Virus record (IMG/VR): IMGVR_UViG_3300034068_000313
Coordinates: 1 to 53,864 of that record
DNA from: a virus
Lineage: Duplodnaviria; Caudoviricetes
Direction: 5' to 3' (one strand)
Length of the DNA stretch: 53,864 nt
Shown piece by piece: positions 1 through 8,465 of this stretch; position 1 is the first letter of the stretch, and every line of letters starts with the position of its first letter. The position numbers and the translations under genes were made by a program. The notes under the pieces are model-generated. The model searched no databases and had not been told where the DNA came from. It saw nothing but the letters and a program-made list of their open reading frames with translations.

Positions 1-15
1 CCAAACGAAGAACCA
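1..15. repeat. 15-bp terminal direct repeat (CCAAACGAAGAACCA), copy 1; circular assembly overlap
   Basis: Identical to 53850..53864; the tape measure reading frame is continuous across the join. Confidence 0.9.
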
Positions 16-2701
16 TGAGTGCCACTGATTGCATCGCGTCTTTGTTAGAACCACCGTACTGAGCCGTCTTTAGCAACAGTGTCGTGATCTCTTTCGCTTG
101 ATTACGATAAGCAGAACTGAGATCAAGCGCCGAACCCTTAGAGTCGCCAAGGGTGTCTGCGAGTTTGATGTTCTTATCGATTGCGTCCTGCGTACTGACG
201 ACCAATTCGTTAGCAAGCATCTCGTCGAGCAAACCAATTTTCGCTAAGAACGCGTCTTGAGCGACAGTACCTTTGTCACTCTCCTTCGCTAACTCGGCAT
301 AGATGTCCGCTAGTTCAGCGACCTTGTTACCAGCAACAGTTACCGCTTGAGGGAACACTCCAGCGAGTCCACCTAAGAACGCGTCCTGTGCGGCTGTAAC
401 GCTGACGGCTTTGTTCTGTAATTCTTGAAGTGTGAACGTGTAGATGTCTGTTCGCCCCGCGGCGGCTGCCATAGCAGCACCCGACCCGAGGATTGCGTTA
501 TACATTTCGGTGCCAAGTATTGAAGAGAAGTACAAAGCAGTGTCGGCACTTTGTAGGAGTTTCTTGTTCTCACTATCAAGAGCCTCTCTGTTGTCATCGA
601 AAGCATTAGACAGGTCATCAAGGTTGTACAACAGGTCTTTGACTTGATTGCCTGTCATCTCACCTGCCTTGACCGCTTCAAGCATTGCACCAGCGAAAGG
701 TGTACCAGCGTCTGCTGCCGCCTGTAGAGCACTAGAGACACTAATGGCGGCGTCGCCTGTTTGTACAAGTTGGTCGTACGACAGACCAAGTAGCACGTCG
801 CCAAGGTCACCGAACGCGTCGGTGCCTGTAGATACCACACCGCCGACCTGTTCCATTGTCAAATTGAGATTCGATATCTCGTCGTTGATACCGAGGGTGA
901 CTGACTCAGCGGTAGCGAAAGCAGTGGCAACGTTTGCGGCCGCTTGAGCAGTCGCGGGCAATGCACCTTGCAACTTGATGTACTCATCGACAAGACCCTT
1001 GACCTCATCGTGAAGTACGGCTGTCGGTTCTCCTGCTGCTTTGAACGCATCGGTCAAACGCTCTTGACGTTCTTTCGCTTCCTTCGCGTTCTGACTGAAC
1101 GTGTACCACACGGCGGCAATAGCGATCACCGCTACAGCAACACCAGCAATGATTGGACCAGCGGCGGCGAACTGTGCAATCGCGCTAGTGAACGCCTGCG
1201 TCGCCATAGCCGCTTTCAACGCGGCCCACGCCTTCGCAAGGGAGCCAAGCATGATCAACAACGGACCACCGACAGCAACAAGACCAGCCAGCACAACGAT
1301 GATCGTCTTCAAGAAGTTCGGTAGAGCATTGATAGCCGTCATGACCTTCTCAAACGCTGTGGCAAGCATCTTCAACGCAGGCACAACAATAGGTACAAGA
1401 ACTTGACCAAGGCTTATGAAAGCGTCTTTCATTTCTGCCATGACTTGCTTCATCTTGAAAGCACCCGTCTTGGACATGGCTTCGAACGCTTTGTCGGCGT
1501 CGCCCGAATTGTCTGTGAGGTTTGCGAATATCTTTGCTGTACTGTCCGTTGCGGCACCGAACAAACTCATGACACCTGTCAAGGCTCGAATGTTGCCGAA
1601 CACAATGCCTTGCGCTTCTTCGTTGTCACCGAACGCTGCCGTGAGTGTTTGTAAAGCAGAGAGCAAACCCTTCTGCTTGATCTGCTCACGTAACCCAGCA
1701 CCACTTAGACCAAGAGCATTGAGTTGTTCCTCTGCTTGTTTAGCAGGGTTCAACAACGACGCGAGTATGCCTCGTATCTGTGTAGCCGCCTCACTCGCGT
1801 CTGTACCGTTACGACTCATAGCGGCGAACGCGGCACCGACCTCTTCGAACGTAACGCCCATAGCAGAAGCGATAGGTAGCACACGAGGCAAAGCACCAGC
1901 AAGTGAGTCTGCTTCCATCTTGCCTTCACGTACAGCCGCAACCATTAGGTCGGTTGCTTGTGCAGCAGATAAGTTCTCTGCGCCGTAAGCGTTCAACGCT
2001 GACGAGATTGTGTCAGCGACGATCGCTGTTTGCCCCATGCCAATCGCAGAGGCTTTCAACGATGACTCAAGAACCTGCATGGCTGTAGCGCCGTCAATAC
2101 CTGCCGAGGCAACGAAGTACAAAGCGTCAGCGGCGTCTACAGCACTGCCACCAAACTCCTTAGCCATTTCACGGGCGGCTAAACCCATCTCGGCAACTTT
2201 GTTTTCGGACAAACCAACCATCGCAACGATTGACTGCATAGAGAACTCGAAGTCGTTAGCCGTTTTGATTGCTTGACCACCAGCGAGCAACATCGGCGCA
2301 GTCAACGCCATCGACATCTTTGTACCGACAGAGGTCATCTTGCTACCCATGTCAGTGAACTTGTTACCTACACGAGATGCACCCTCGGCGGCTTGTGTGA
2401 TCCTCTTAGAATCGTTCGCAACCTTGCGGGCCATCTCGTGATACGCAAGGGCGAAGTCGTCAACACCGTACGCGGCCTTCTGATAAGCGTTTTCAACTTT
2501 GGTGAGGGATTGTTTGGTCTCTTGGGCAACCTTTGTGACTGCTCGTTCGGCTTTCGCCATGCCAGCAGTTGCGTCTTGACCTAACTCATCAAACTTCTGT
2601 CCGAGTTGGTCAATTGTTTTGACAGCCTGAGCGACACCCTGTTTGAGTTTCGAGGCATCAGCACTGAGTTCTACATTGAGACTTCCGACTGATTGTGCCA
2701 C
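1..2701 (-). CDS. Tape measure protein, N-terminal part (continues at 53853..52150; about 1466 aa in total)
   Basis: GTG start MAQSVGSLNVELSADASKLKQG; Ala-rich helical TP901-like core; directly after the tail chaperones; frame matches ORF 52150..53853 through the 15-bp overlap. Confidence 0.92.
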   Translation of the reverse strand, partial: MAQSVGSLNVELSADASKLKQGVAQAVKTIDQLGQKFDELGQDATAGMAKAERAVTKVAQETKQSLTKVENAYQKAAYGVDDFALAYHEMARKVANDSKRITQAAEGASRVGNKFTDMGSKMTSVGTKMSMALTAPMLLAGGQAIKTANDFEFSMQSIVAMVGLSENKVAEMGLAAREMAKEFGGSAVDAADALYFVASAGIDGATAMQVLESSLKASAIGMGQTAIVADTISSALNAYGAENLSAAQATDLMVAAVREGKMEADSLAGALPRVLPIASAMGVTFEEVGAAFAAMSRNGTDASEAATQIRGILASLLNPAKQAEEQLNALGLSGAGLREQIKQKGLLSALQTLTAAFGDNEEAQGIVFGNIRALTGVMSLFGAATDSTAKIFANLTDNSGDADKAFEAMSKTGAFKMKQVMAEMKDAFISLGQVLVPIVVPALKMLATAFEKVMTAINALPNFLKTIIVVLAGLVAVGGPLLIMLGSLAKAWAALKAAMATQAFTSAIAQFAAAGPIIAGVAVAVIAIAAVWYTFSQNAKEAKERQERLTDAFKAAGEPTAVLHDEVKGLVDEYIKLQGALPATAQAAANVATAFATAESVTLGINDEISNLNLTMEQVGGVVSTGTDAFGDLGDVLLGLSYDQLVQTGDAAISVSSALQAAADAGTPFAGAMLEAVKAGEMTGNQVKDLLYNLDDLSNAFDDNREALDSENKKLLQSADTALYFSSILGTEMYNAILGSGAAMAAAAGRTDIYTFTLQELQNKAVSVTAAQDAFLGGLAGVFPQAVTVAGNKVAELADIYAELAKESDKGTVAQDAFLAKIGLLDEMLANELVVSTQDAIDKNIKLADTLGDSKGSALDLSSAYRNQAKEITTLLLKTAQYGGSNKDAMQSVALMVLRL

Positions 2702-2704
2702 GTT

Positions 2705-2917
2705 CTATCTCTTCCTTGACTTCGCTCGTTGTTGTGCTTGTTCTCTTTCGCTCGCTTCGATCTTGAACAAAGCACACCACTCAATGAACTCTGAACTGCT
2801 CATCTTGTCCATGAGTTCACCGACTGTCATACCGAGTTCTCGTGCTAGATGGAAGTACGATCGTCTTTCAGGTTGGCTTCGTCCGAAACGGTCGGGGAAG
2901 CCGAGTAAGACTTTCCC
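2705..2917 (-). CDS. Tail assembly chaperone, -1 frameshift extension (gpT-like)
   Basis: Slippery G GGA AAG at 2917..2911, in frame with the chaperone (EAGK). The -1 frame stays open (…YFHLARELGMTVGELMDKMSSSEFIEWCALFKIE…) to TAG at 2707..2705, just before the tape measure start. Confidence 0.85.
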   Translation of the reverse strand, partial: GKVLLGFPDRFGRSQPERRSYFHLARELGMTVGELMDKMSSSEFIEWCALFKIEASEREQAQQRAKSRKR

Positions 2918-3258
2918 GCTTCATCGATTGCCTTCTCTTTCAAGCCTGAAACCTCAAGACAACTTGTGACGAGTCGGTCAATAACCGCACCCGACTTCTC
3001 TGTCATGAGCCACGACAAGTCGTCCTCAGTGAACACAGGTGAGCCGTCGTTGGGGTCGAGGCAACACGTGACAAGGATCTGTCCGTAGACGTTCTCAATC
3101 TTGTCTCCGTTGTCCGACGTATCTTGACTAGCCGCAACAAACGACGCGCGCTGGCGAACAGTCATTGAACGTACCTCAATGGATACGTCCCACTCGGGAA
3201 CAGCAATAACCTCACGGTCGAGGTCTTGCGCTGAACGAATCTTGTCTTTGATGGACAC
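2845..3258 (-). CDS. Tail assembly chaperone (gpG-like)
   Basis: Between tail tube and tape measure genes; VPEWDVSIEVRSMT motif; GTG at 3258 fits the AGGAG spacing better than 3267. Confidence 0.85.
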   Translation of the reverse strand: MSIKDKIRSAQDLDREVIAVPEWDVSIEVRSMTVRQRASFVAASQDTSDNGDKIENVYGQILVTCCLDPNDGSPVFTEDDLSWLMTEKSGAVIDRLVTSCLEVSGLKEKAIDEAGKSYSASPTVSDEANLKDDRTSI

Positions 3259-3297
3259 TGTGGTCACACTCCTATGTTGGTTGGTTTGTTATTGAGA

Positions 3298-3708
3298 TCA
3301 GTACGTGGTACGAGTAACAGCACCAGTGACTTGAAGGTCAAGGCTATATGTCACTACGTCACCGACAGGGTTCGAGATCGAGTACGAAGTCACGATCGCT
3401 TCACCCGTGTACTTGACGTTGCCAGCGGTTGAGCCAGCAGGTCCGAACACGAACGAACGTGACGCAGGTTCAGCACCGCCTGCGATGTATCCGTCGACTG
3501 TTGCGTCCCAAATACCTGACACACTGAGGGTCGCATCTGCGAGTCCGACGATGTACGACTTCGCAGAAGAACCGAAGGCGGTGGTCTCGGCAGTGTCGAT
3601 CGTGTCGGGGAAGTCGACGCTCGTTACTGTGTCGCTGATATTGCGAACAGTACCGCTGGTGTCGTCGAGTGTGAAGTTAGTTGACTTACCGTGTACGAAT
3701 GTGGGCAT
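3298..3708 (-). CDS. Major tail (tube) protein
   Basis: 136 aa with ETTAFG…YIVGLAD…SVSG…YTGEAIVTSYS…LQVTG tail-tube pattern; upstream of the chaperone. Confidence 0.85.
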   Translation of the reverse strand: MPTFVHGKSTNFTLDDTSGTVRNISDTVTSVDFPDTIDTAETTAFGSSAKSYIVGLADATLSVSGIWDATVDGYIAGGAEPASRSFVFGPAGSTAGNVKYTGEAIVTSYSISNPVGDVVTYSLDLQVTGAVTRTTY

Positions 3709-3723
3709 GATTGGTCCTTTGTG

Positions 3724-4485
3724 TTAGAAGCGTGCGAATGAAAGATGATATGTAACTGCCCCACCTGTGGGATTAGCAGTGCCGATTGCTCGTAGGTAAC
3801 GGTTCACCGTTCCTGTGACTGCTGACTGTTGTGAGGTCGTGGTGCTTGCTACGAGAGCAGTGAACGTGATCAAGTCAACCCAAACAGAGTTGTCCACTGA
3901 GTGTTGAACTTTGATCTGTGTTGTAGGTCCAGTGAGCGTATTGGCTGTGACGTGAAGGTTAGCGAAACCGCCACTAGCACTTGACGCTGTGTTGTCGACG
4001 CCCGTCAGACCAGTGGCAAGAGCACCGAAAGCGATACTCGAACCTGCGGTCAACATAACTCCGCTACGCATACCGTACGTCACGTTGGAAGTTCCGTCAG
4101 TTGAGGCATTGAAGTCAACGCTCACTGACGACACGTCAGCGACAGGGTTGCTGATTGAGTAACTTGTTTCGTGGGCTTTCGCTACGATTGCTCGCCTGCC
4201 GATTGCGCCAGTTTCCATCGCCACAGTAATGATCGGCGTAGTTGCTGAACCAAGAATTGTTGATAACACAACGTCAGAGCCGACAGTTGCGTCTTGCGAA
4301 TACAGACCCGACAGACTCAACGTTGCGTCGTTGAGACCCGGCAGATAAGACTTAGCACTAGAACCGAACGAGGTGATCTCGGCTGTGTCGATCGTACTTG
4401 CGGTATCAACACTGTTGAAGTACGTACTCAAGTCAAACTGATTCAATAGAACGCCTGTCGACTTACCGTGAATGAATGTGGGCAT
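3724..4485 (-). CDS. Tail tube paralogue with C-terminal beta-rich extension
   Basis: N-terminal ~130 aa align by eye with the next gene (MPTF[IV]HGKST, TIDTAE.T.FGSSAKSY..GL.DATLS.SG, TSYSISNPV.DV). Confidence 0.75.
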   Translation of the reverse strand: MPTFIHGKSTGVLLNQFDLSTYFNSVDTASTIDTAEITSFGSSAKSYLPGLNDATLSLSGLYSQDATVGSDVVLSTILGSATTPIITVAMETGAIGRRAIVAKAHETSYSISNPVADVSSVSVDFNASTDGTSNVTYGMRSGVMLTAGSSIAFGALATGLTGVDNTASSASGGFANLHVTANTLTGPTTQIKVQHSVDNSVWVDLITFTALVASTTTSQQSAVTGTVNRYLRAIGTANPTGGAVTYHLSFARF

Positions 4486-4691
4486 CAGATAACCTCAGGT
4501 TCGATTGAAACTTCTTCGACGACGGGTGTGCTCTTGCTCTTCTTGGCATCTAACGCTTCGACATAACCTTGTTCAAGCAACCACTCTGACTGCTTCGCTG
4601 TGAGTTCAACTTCGTCGCTGGGTTCGTAACGCTTGTCGGCAACGTTCATACCGCTGACTCCGTCTGTTCCACCTGTCACTCTGTATCGCAT
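4485..4691 (-). CDS. Small virion-associated protein
   Basis: 68 aa with RBS AAGGA; RYEPSDEVEL…WLLEQGYVE pattern common in head-tail regions. Confidence 0.65.
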   Translation of the reverse strand: MRYRVTGGTDGVSGMNVADKRYEPSDEVELTAKQSEWLLEQGYVEALDAKKSKSTPVVEEVSIEPEVI

Positions 4692-4776
4692 TGAAGTCCT
4701 TTTGAGTCAACGCCGAATGACAGTCGCAAGACGGTCACACGGACACCTATGGCGACGAGCGCACTTCTGTGAACGG

Positions 4777-4785
4777 ACTGTATCA
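4777..4785 (-). promoter_or_regulatory. Candidate extended -10 promoter (TGATACAGT) for the tail genes
   Basis: The same TGA-TAnnnT form occurs at 14422..14414, 19839..19831 and 27625..27617, each upstream of a minus-strand gene block. Confidence 0.45.
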
Positions 4786-4871
4786 GGCACTGCGCGTGGC
4801 ACGTTGTAAGTCACGGGCTACGGGCGAGCCTTACAGGGCCAACCCCGAAAACGCGTGTCAAATATGGCCTC

Positions 4872-4943
4872 TATGCAGGGGATATAGAAACTTTGATTGG
4901 GTAGTTGATTCTTGTCAAAGGGTGCTTGTAGTGTGGGGGTATG
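4872..4943 (+). promoter_or_regulatory. Promoter P1 (TTGATT-18-TAGTGT), leaderless, with upstream TATGCAGGG box
   Basis: -35 at 4905..4910, -10 at 4929..4934, ATG 6 nt later; GCTTGTAGTGTGGGGGTATGA is shared with the promoter at 33.1 kb. Confidence 0.8.
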
Positions 4944-5144
4944 ACAAACACCACGACAACGCAAGTTTACAACATCCGCACAGGCTTGATCATTGGCAGT
5001 TGGGAGAGCCGCTATATCGCAACACAGATATGCCGTTCGTACAACGACATGGTCGGTTCGAGCACTTTCAAGACTCGCACCCTGTACGCAAGCAGGGCAG
5101 CACGCCAACAGCAGCAGCAACTCAACAAGGAGTCAGCACAATGA
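4941..5144 (+). CDS. Hypothetical protein (first gene of cassette 1)
   Basis: ATG directly behind P1; stop overlaps the next ATG. Confidence 0.7.
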   Translation: MTNTTTTQVYNIRTGLIIGSWESRYIATQICRSYNDMVGSSTFKTRTLYASRAARQQQQQLNKESAQ

Positions 5145-5317
5145 GAAACATCAAAGAAGTAATTGAGACGGTCAAGGTTTACAAAGCCAAGCAAGCGTTC
5201 TTGACCGCACCCGAGCGTGCAGCACTGGCTGGCCTCGCAGACGATGACCTCGTATGGGTCCTTCGTGAAGTCACCCCGTTCGGCACGTACTCACTGGAAG
5301 TGAAGGCAGTCAAATGA
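5141..5317 (+). CDS. Hypothetical protein
   Basis: AAGGAG RBS; ATGA overlaps at both ends (MRNIKEVIETVK…). Confidence 0.7.
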   Translation: MRNIKEVIETVKVYKAKQAFLTAPERAALAGLADDDLVWVLREVTPFGTYSLEVKAVK

Positions 5318-5655
5318 GCGACACGACAATGAAAGCAACCTGCTCGTGCTGCAAGCGCAAGCGTTCAGTCCTCGACCTCGTGTCCGTGTCCAAGCGCCGC
5401 AGCGGTTCATACAACCGCGCAGGCTCGGGCGGGCGCGGCAAGGTTTGCCGCCAATGCACAATCGACGCAGTGCGTAACACAACTGAAGCCCGTTACCGCG
5501 ACGGCAAGTTGTGGGGCGTTCACCTCGACGACAATGGCATCGCATGGTCCGACGCAGCCGACTACTTCGGCATCGACTGGTCCGACGTGCCGCGCACTTA
5601 CTACCACGCCAAGCGTTGCCCCGATCAGTTCCTCGCCCCGAAAGCAGGTAAGTGA
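5314..5655 (+). CDS. Hypothetical protein with CxxC pairs
   Basis: CSCC…CRQC; translationally coupled to the previous gene. Confidence 0.7.
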   Translation: MSDTTMKATCSCCKRKRSVLDLVSVSKRRSGSYNRAGSGGRGKVCRQCTIDAVRNTTEARYRDGKLWGVHLDDNGIAWSDAADYFGIDWSDVPRTYYHAKRCPDQFLAPKAGK

Positions 5656-5656
5656 A

Positions 5657-5902
5657 ATGAACAGATTCACCGTACAGAAAGACATTGAATACTCGCCTTG
5701 CGAGCACCCCATGTGCGATCAACTTCATCGACGCTTTATGGAACGAACCATTCATGGCGGTTGGTTCCACGAGGTCAAGACAACTTGGTGGATCGTTGTT
5801 GACTCGACGACAGGCTTTCAGGCTCACAACGCAAAGAGCAACAAAGAGTGCAAGCAAATGGCAGACCGCCTCAACAACAACACAACGAAAGCAGGTAACT
5901 GA
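5657..5902 (+). CDS. Hypothetical protein
   Basis: MNRFTVQKD…; AGGT RBS in a repeated junction sequence. Confidence 0.65.
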   Translation: MNRFTVQKDIEYSPCEHPMCDQLHRRFMERTIHGGWFHEVKTTWWIVVDSTTGFQAHNAKSNKECKQMADRLNNNTTKAGN

Positions 5903-5903
5903 A

Positions 5904-6140
5904 ATGCACCCCAACTCACCACACGTCATTCCAATGGACGGAGCAGTCCGCGGGACGCTCTACTGGAGCACTGGCTGGCAAGATAGCCGAGAAGCAAGTC
6001 AAGAGGGTTGGTTCCAACTCAACGAGCGCGGCAACGGTTTGGTCAAGTGCCGCAAGGTCGGCGGCCGCCGTTGGTTCGCCCTCACCGACATTGAGCGTTG
6101 CACCCTGTTCATTCCATACGTGAAGGCGGTCAAAGCATGA
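5904..6140 (+). CDS. Hypothetical protein
   Basis: MHPNSPHV…; same junction sequence as the previous gene. Confidence 0.65.
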   Translation: MHPNSPHVIPMDGAVRGTLYWSTGWQDSREASQEGWFQLNERGNGLVKCRKVGGRRWFALTDIERCTLFIPYVKAVKA

Positions 6141-6325
6141 GCCGCCCACGTAACGACCGATGGATTGACCTTGTGTTCACACTCAACGGCTTGGCGTTCT
6201 TCTGTTGCCTACTGATGGCACTAGGCGAAAACAAGTTCCCGATCCTGCCAGCCTTCATGAACCTTGGAGTCATGGCACTCATGATTCGTTTCGTAAACAT
6301 CAACCACAAGGAGCAAACCAAATGA
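6137..6325 (+). CDS. Small membrane protein
   Basis: Two hydrophobic segments; ATGA coupling. Confidence 0.65.
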   Translation: MSRPRNDRWIDLVFTLNGLAFFCCLLMALGENKFPILPAFMNLGVMALMIRFVNINHKEQTK

Positions 6326-6834
6326 AAGACGAAATCCTCACACTCAGCGAGTTCTATGACCGCGCCACACCGTTCAAACGAACACTCGGCGGGCAAGAGT
6401 ACGAGTTCATCAACGTGGCGTACTGGTACGAAGGCGAACTCAAGCACGGAGTGGTGAACCTAAGCGCGTCAACCCCCGAGGACATCGAAGCGAACGTTGA
6501 ACTACAGCAGTACGACGAGCAGGAGGTCGTATTCGTTTCGTACGGCTTAGTCGATCTGTACGAGGTGTTCATGGAAGCAGGTCAGTTCTGTGACGGCACG
6601 TTGAGTTACGTCGACGGAGTAAACCCTGACCCTGAAACTTGGTTCAGTGACTCTGTTGGCGGTCACGCCAAAGACGGACTGATGTTGTTCACGTGCGAAG
6701 TTGAGATACTGGTCAGTGTGTACGCAACAGACGGAGACGCGGCTTACGACCAAGCGCAGAAGTATTTGCAGAAGCAGTCCGAGGAGTTGTGGGAGATGGG
6801 CAACCTTCATCACGTAGAAGTGACGAGAGGATAA
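6322..6834 (+). CDS. Acidic hypothetical protein
   Basis: AAGGAG RBS; MKDEILTLSEF…. Confidence 0.7.
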   Translation: MKDEILTLSEFYDRATPFKRTLGGQEYEFINVAYWYEGELKHGVVNLSASTPEDIEANVELQQYDEQEVVFVSYGLVDLYEVFMEAGQFCDGTLSYVDGVNPDPETWFSDSVGGHAKDGLMLFTCEVEILVSVYATDGDAAYDQAQKYLQKQSEELWEMGNLHHVEVTRG

Positions 6835-6902
6835 GTCCAGCGTATGGCACAACATTCGTTCCCGCCAACACATTCATCGTTCACTGTTGTAAAGTAACTG
6901 AC

Positions 6903-7448
6903 ATGATTCGACGAACGAGCCTTGCGCTCGCAACGTTGTCGCTGATCGCTTCGTGCGGTGGCGGTGTGAAAGACACGACGTCCGTACCCCCACAGACGAC
7001 CCCTATCTTGCTCTCGCCCGTCACTGCACAAGCACCAGCCACAACTACATCAACAACATCGACAAGCACAACGACAACGACCACAACAGAAGTTCCGTTG
7101 GAGTCCGACCCGCTTGATTACATTGACGAGCAACGTATGTTGCACGGACGGTGCGGAGAGTGGCACGACCTAGCAATGGAAGTCGGTTGGCAAGAAGAGC
7201 AATGGCCTACCCTCAGTACCGTTCTGTTTACCGAAAGTCGCTGTACTGTCGACGCTTGGAACGGACATGACGCAGGCCTGTCTCAGATAAACCAAATTCA
7301 CTCATCGTGGTTGAATGAGATGGGTCTGTCTCACCCTGAAGATATGTTCGACGCTCGCAACAACTTATGGTTCGCGTACAAGTTGTACTCCTCACGCGAA
7401 GAGAAGGGTCAGTGCGGCTGGAAGCCGTGGAGTGAACCCTGTCGCTAA
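6903..7448 (+). CDS. Lipoprotein with Thr-rich linker and lytic transglycosylase (lysozyme-like) domain
   Basis: Signal peptide with lipobox LIASC; poly-Thr linker; ESRC…GLSQIN…GWKPWS SLT-type motifs. Confidence 0.75.
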   Translation: MIRRTSLALATLSLIASCGGGVKDTTSVPPQTTPILLSPVTAQAPATTTSTTSTSTTTTTTTEVPLESDPLDYIDEQRMLHGRCGEWHDLAMEVGWQEEQWPTLSTVLFTESRCTVDAWNGHDAGLSQINQIHSSWLNEMGLSHPEDMFDARNNLWFAYKLYSSREEKGQCGWKPWSEPCR

Positions 7449-7612
7449 CTAGCGGACTCGTTGATCTCTTTACAACGAGGACAACGAACACGCCACGGAG
7501 CAGTCACCAGTTCAGCGAGTAACTTCCCACAGTTGCCACAACGAACAGACGTACGAGTAATTCGCTCATGCTCGGGTACAAGCCTTGTCTCTGCGTAAGG
7601 GTCAAGGCTCAT
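7445..7612 (-). CDS. Mu Com-like zinc-ribbon protein (55 aa, not in the ORF track)
   Basis: MSLDPYAETRLVPEHERITRTSVRCGNCGKLLAELVTAPWRVRCPRCKEINESAS; ATG overlaps the stop of the tail terminator gene. Confidence 0.8.
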   Translation of the reverse strand: MSLDPYAETRLVPEHERITRTSVRCGNCGKLLAELVTAPWRVRCPRCKEINESAS

Positions 7613-8007
7613 TGGTACGTGCGTGTCACGTTGAAGTTCTGTACGAAGATGATTCGATCTTGTGAGTCACGCTCTAACGGGAACGGAGATTGAATTGCGG
7701 ACACTCTGTTGTAGCGAGTACCCGACAACGACTCATCGACAATACCCTCAAGGCTTACCCAACAAAGGTTGATGAGTGTTTCGGCTGCTGCGTACGTTCC
7801 CGCTCGTACGGCTATTTGTACGCTTGGATTCTGTAGCACAGGCAAACCACCACCCATCGTGTTGTCGGGTGCTGTGCCGCCGTACTCGTACAACGTGACA
7901 CAAGTGGACGGAGTGTCGGGCATACGACCGACAAACAGGTTCGTCCCAAGAGTCAATGACCCTTGTTGCGCGTCGAGGTATGTGGCGATGTCAATGAGGG
8001 TGCTCAT
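7609..8007 (-). CDS. Tail terminator / minor capsid-type protein
   Basis: LFVGRMPDTP…YEYGG…PSVQIAVR…QSPFPLERD…NF pattern; position in the neck module. Confidence 0.8.
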   Translation of the reverse strand: MSTLIDIATYLDAQQGSLTLGTNLFVGRMPDTPSTCVTLYEYGGTAPDNTMGGGLPVLQNPSVQIAVRAGTYAAAETLINLCWVSLEGIVDESLSGTRYNRVSAIQSPFPLERDSQDRIIFVQNFNVTRTYQ

Positions 8008-8465
8008 CTGCTTGTGCCTGCCTGATAATGCTTACGCACATACGCAGTCAAGACGCGGGCGTAGTTCTTGGTGAACTTTTGGAACGGTCGCTCAAGGTAC
8101 TTCGGTCCACGGCCCGTCGCAGGGTCAATACCCGGACCTGTACCTGAACGCTTGCCGACTTTGCTTTTGTTCGGTGGCTTCGGCGGGTGGTAGAAGTCAA
8201 GCCGCTCGTGTTGAACGAGTGCGTACTTGGCGTCGTAACCAACTGCGATCGAATACTTGCTTGCACCTTTGACCTCTAGTTGAGTTTTGCTACCCGCCAA
8301 GATGCCCTCGTCGAACGGTACAAGGTTTTGACTCTCGGCGAGTATGTCCTCAGCCATGTTGTACAGCCCAGCGTTCAAAGCACGAGTGATACCGTCAGCG
8401 TCAGCAATCAACGCGAGGCGTATCTCTTTCATACCCCTGTCTGAGAGTTTGACTGTGACGCTCAT
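8004..8465 (-). CDS. Neck protein (HK97 gp10-like)
   Basis: SQNLVPFDEGILAGS…YALVQHE…KYLERP motifs. Confidence 0.75.
   Translation of the reverse strand: MSVTVKLSDRGMKEIRLALIADADGITRALNAGLYNMAEDILAESQNLVPFDEGILAGSKTQLEVKGASKYSIAVGYDAKYALVQHERLDFYHPPKPPNKSKVGKRSGTGPGIDPATGRGPKYLERPFQKFTKNYARVLTAYVRKHYQAGTSR

Noticed and set aside
1-15. Terminal repeat as a biological direct terminal repeat or att site
   Set aside because: It falls mid-gene and keeps the frame when collapsed; no integrase seen; best explained as an assembly overlap
373-2969. Many plus-strand and short minus-strand ORFs in the track
   Set aside because: They are shadows of the tape measure gene, which the track misses because it runs off the window end
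4905-4918. Opposite-strand TTGACA inside the P1 and P4 spacers as divergent promoters
   Set aside because: No convincing -10 at 16-18 bp in either case; may instead be part of a TTGA-N6-TCAA operator, but two copies are too few to call
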